DNA of 64,000 nucleotides, taken from contig CAVTLK010000002.1 in assembly GCA_963735595.1 (NCBI GenBank), forward strand, positions 795,420 through 859,419, written 5' to 3'. Each line of letters opens with the position of its first letter. The first letter of the stretch is position 1. This DNA is from an uncultured delta proteobacterium. Its GTDB lineage: Bacteria; Desulfobacterota; Zymogenia; Zymogenales; Zymogenaceae. The notes under the pieces were generated by a model. It saw only the letters and a list, made by a program, of their open reading frames with translations. It was not told the origin of the DNA and ran no database searches. Of the stretch, positions 60,595-64,000 are shown piece after piece. The translations under genes were made by a program, and so were the position numbers.

Positions 60595-61440
60595 GTGGGA
60601 ATTTCAATCCAGGTATGGACCGCCATCGGGATCATCCTGATTGCGCTCATCATTATCTTCGTCAAGGCCAACCTGCACATCTGTGAGCCGAATGAGCTCT
60701 TGATATTCTCGGGCAGGCAGCGCAAGCTCAAGGACGGGACGAAGGTCGGCTACCGGGTCATCAAGGGCGGCAGGGGCCTCAAGATACCCATCGTCGAGTC
60801 GGTGACGCGTATGCCCCTCAACACGATCCCCATCGAGATCGATCTCAAGGGGGCGCTCACCAACGGTCTGATCCCTATAGACATCGAGGCGATGGCCAAC
60901 GTCAAGATCGCCGGATCCGAGAAGGAGGGAGTGTACAACGCGCTGGAGCGTTTCGCGGGCAGAAATCTCGGTGAGATATCCCAGGTGGCCAGAACGACTA
61001 TTGACGGCTCGCTGCGGGGAGTCCTGGCAACCCTCTCGCCCGAGGAGGCCAACACCCGGCGTCTTGAATTCGCGGAAAAGGTTGCCGAACAGGCGGGGAT
61101 CGATCTTGAACGCCTGGGACTGGTCCTGGATACCTTCAAGATCAAGCAGATCGCCGATCCCCAGGGGTATCTTGAAAACATCGGGCGCAAGAAAAACGCC
61201 GAGGTGCGCAGGGACGCCCTTATCGCCGAGGCAACGGCCGAGGCGGAGGCCAGGGTGGTGGCCGCCGAGGCCAAGAAGAAAGGAAGCGTGGCCGAATTCC
61301 TGGCCGACGTTGCGGTGGTCGAGGCCGAAAACAAGTATAAGATCAAGAAAGCGGAGCTGACGGCGGACGTCAACCGGGCCGAATCCAGGGCCGCCGTGGC
61401 CAAGGGAATCACCCAGGCCCACATGGAAAAAGAGCGATGA
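60595..61440 (+). CDS. Flotillin/SPFH domain protein, possibly C-terminally truncated
   Basis: TM helix, PNELLIFSGR, ANVKIA, GSLRGVLATLSPEE, GYLENIGR, AEAEA coiled coil. Confidence 0.85.
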   Translation: MGISIQVWTAIGIILIALIIIFVKANLHICEPNELLIFSGRQRKLKDGTKVGYRVIKGGRGLKIPIVESVTRMPLNTIPIEIDLKGALTNGLIPIDIEAMANVKIAGSEKEGVYNALERFAGRNLGEISQVARTTIDGSLRGVLATLSPEEANTRRLEFAEKVAEQAGIDLERLGLVLDTFKIKQIADPQGYLENIGRKKNAEVRRDALIAEATAEAEARVVAAEAKKKGSVAEFLADVAVVEAENKYKIKKAELTADVNRAESRAAVAKGITQAHMEKER

Positions 61441-61642
61441 ACCGGCTGACATGTTCACGCGGAACGGCATCGAGCGCTAAGGAAAAGTTGAGAAAACTTT
61501 TCCTGAAAAATATTTTCATTTTTAGAGCGAAAATGCAAAAAAAATGTTGACATATTTTTCTACTTGCGTAAATTCAAAAATTAATGAGGCCGCCAACAAA
61601 GGGCCATGTTTAAACGGAAGAATGCTTCCGGAAGGAGACGGG

Positions 61643-62953
61643 ATGGAAAACGAAACGCTGTTTAATGAGGATGCAGAACCTCCAGGTACCATGGCCGGTC
61701 TTGTCGTGGTTCAAAATGAAACGACGAACTTTTTTTTGTCGTCCACTGACCATCAAGAACCCTCTCCGGCAAAATCAAAGCCTGAACGCCTTTTCTTTCC
61801 TTTTAAAGATTCACCCCGCGCAAAAGCCTTTCGCAAAAAACATTATCCCGACATCAGCCGCATCGAATGGTTCGATTGGCGCTGGCAATTACAAAACGCC
61901 ATTCGCGACGTCGAGGCGCTCGATAACCTCATTCATCTCTCCGACAACGAACGGCAAGCCATGATGCATCCGTCGGGCGATCTGCCTGTGGCCATTACCC
62001 CCTACTATGCCAGCCTGCTCGACCCGCTGAATCCCGCTGCGGCTCTTCGGCGTTGCGTTGTGCCGGTGGTCGATGAATGTCTGCATACCAAGGGTGAAGA
62101 AGAAGATCCCCTCTGTGAAGACGCCGACTCGCCCGTTCCCGGCATCATCCATCGTTACCCGGACGGCGTCTTGTTTCTAGTCACCGACATTTGCGCGACC
62201 TACTGCCGTTACTGTACCCGCTCCCGCATTTTTGGCCGGCATCATCAGTGTTTTATCGATACCGCCAAATGGGAAAGGGCGTTGGCCTACATTGAATCCA
62301 ATCCGAATATTCGCGACGTCATCATGTCCGGGGGCGACCCTCTGACTCTGTACGACGACAAACTGGATTGGCTGCTCGTCCCGTCGGAACATTCCGCATG
62401 TTGAACTCATCCGTATCGGCACGAAGGTTCCCGCTGTCCTGCCGCAACGGATTACACCGGACGTTCACCTCGATGCTGAACAAATACCATCCGATCTGGA
62501 TGAGCATTCACATCACGCATCCGGACGAATTGACGCCGTGAAATGAGCGCAGCCTGCAATCCGCCTGGCAGACGCTGGCATTCCACTGGGCAGCCAGACC
62601 GTTTTGCTTTCCGGTATTAACGACTCCGTCTCCGACGATGACACGCCTGATGCACGGCCTTTTCCGCTTTCGAGTCCGCCCCTACTACCTGTATCAGTGC
62701 GACCCCATATCCGGATCATCCCATTTCCGCACGCCGATCGAAACGGGTCTGGGGATCATCCGGGTCTGCGCGGCCATACGACCGGTTACGCTGTTCCGAC
62801 CTATGTCATTGACGCACCTGGAGGCGGCGGAAAGATTCCGCTTTTTCCCGAGTATGCTCACGGCGGGATGATGGCGACTGATCATTGCACAACTATCAGG
62901 GCAGTATCTTCCGTTACCCGGACAATTCGGCCGGACGAAAGATCATCCATTAG
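61643..62953 (+). CDS. KamA family radical SAM 2,3-aminomutase-like protein (several frameshifts)
   Basis: [57 protein letters not shown]. Confidence 0.9.
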
Positions 62954-62984
62954 GATTGTTCAATGACATTAGTCCGGCCGTAGG

Positions 62985-64000
62985 ATGCACTTCAACCAGC
63001 GCATCGCAAACATTAGTCATCGGTCTGACATATGACTTGCGGGAGGACTATTATGGACGGTTACAACCGCGAAGAAACCGCCGAATTTGATTGACTCGAT
63101 ACTATCGACGCCATTGAAGGTGTGCTGAAAGGGATGGGCTTTCAGACGACCGTATCGGCCGTGAAGGCCCTAATCCGTCGTCTGGCCAGAGGTGACCGCT
63201 TCGATCTGGTATTCAATATCGCCGAGGGTCTCTCTGGCTTTGGCCGGGAGGCGCAGGTTCCCGCGATTCTGGACGCGTACGTATTCCGTATACATTCTCC
63301 GATGCGATCGGGCTGTCCATGACGCTCCATAAAGGTATGACCAAGCATATCGTGCGCGATCTCGGAATTCCCACACCCGATTTCGCCGTCGTCACCGACG
63401 AGCAAGATATTGATTCCATCTGCCTTCCCTATCCCCTTTTTGCCAAGCCCGTCGCGGAAGGCACGGGGAAGGGGATCACGTCCTTGTCAAAAATCAGCAA
63501 TGCCGATGAACTCAAAAGCGTCTGTCTCAGCCTTTTGCAAATGTTCCGACAGCCGGTCCTGGTAGAGACCTATCTCCCGGGACGGGAATTTACCGTTGGA
63601 ATCGTTGGAACAGGCCGTGCCGCCAGAGCCGTTGGAGCGATGGAGGTCATCTTAAACCCGGACGCGGAGCAACATGCCTATTCCTATGACAATAAGGAAC
63701 ATTACCGGGAAAAGCTCGTGCGATACGCCGCAGTTGATGACGCCGAGGCCCGGCAAGCGATGGAAATATCTCTTCTGGCCTGGCGCGGACTCGGCTTGCT
63801 GGACGCAGGAAGACGCATCGACCTTCGATCGGACGCCCGCGGCATTCCACATTTTATCGAAGTCAATTCGCTGGCCGGCCTGAATCCCATTCGTTCGGAT
63901 TTATCCATTCTTTGCAGACTGGTGGGGATGCCTTATGACCAGCTCATTACCGATACTTTGAATTCCGCGCTGATGCGGGCAGGACATTCAATAGCATGTT
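62985..64000 (+). CDS. D-Ala-D-Ala ligase-like ATP-grasp protein (frameshifted, reaches the window edge)
   Basis: IGLTYDLREDY, VFNIAEG..GFGREAQVPA, FAKPVAEGTGKGI, VETYLPGREFTVG, RIDLR, FIEVNSLAGL. Confidence 0.85.

Overview
GC-rich bacterial DNA from an anaerobe; the gene content suggests Desulfobacterota (inference). 3.6-20.4 kb is a Wood-Ljungdahl cluster: acsV/RACo, cooC/acsF, a 67-aa ORF, acsD, two Fe-S proteins, cooS/acsA, acsB, acsC, acsE, a DUF3786-like gene and a second cooC, converging on fhs-cooT-folD. 20-42 kb holds crotonases, a GH57 enzyme, a small AT-rich islet with a restriction-modification relic and rhuM, an enolase-superfamily gene with ald, glmU-glmS, two ktrB/trkH genes with ktrA, pcrA and signalling genes. 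43-48.5 kb is rnfABCDGE. The rest holds dut, hydrolases, DUF362, rseC, smpB-ssrA, a sigma-54 activator with amtB-glnK, a flotillin and a KamA + ATP-grasp pair. Many genes, including housekeeping glmS, carry single-base frameshifts that are probably sequencing indels. The top candidate for an under-described system is a 95-aa GIY-YIG nuclease gene (55005-55292). It is symmetrically bracketed by two inverted doublets of a covarying palindromic repeat, and a gene-free tandem triplet of the same repeat lies 39 kb away inside the acs operon. This is a REPtron/REPIN-like layout with a GIY-YIG in place of the HUH transposase. All family assignments come from motif recognition, not database searches.
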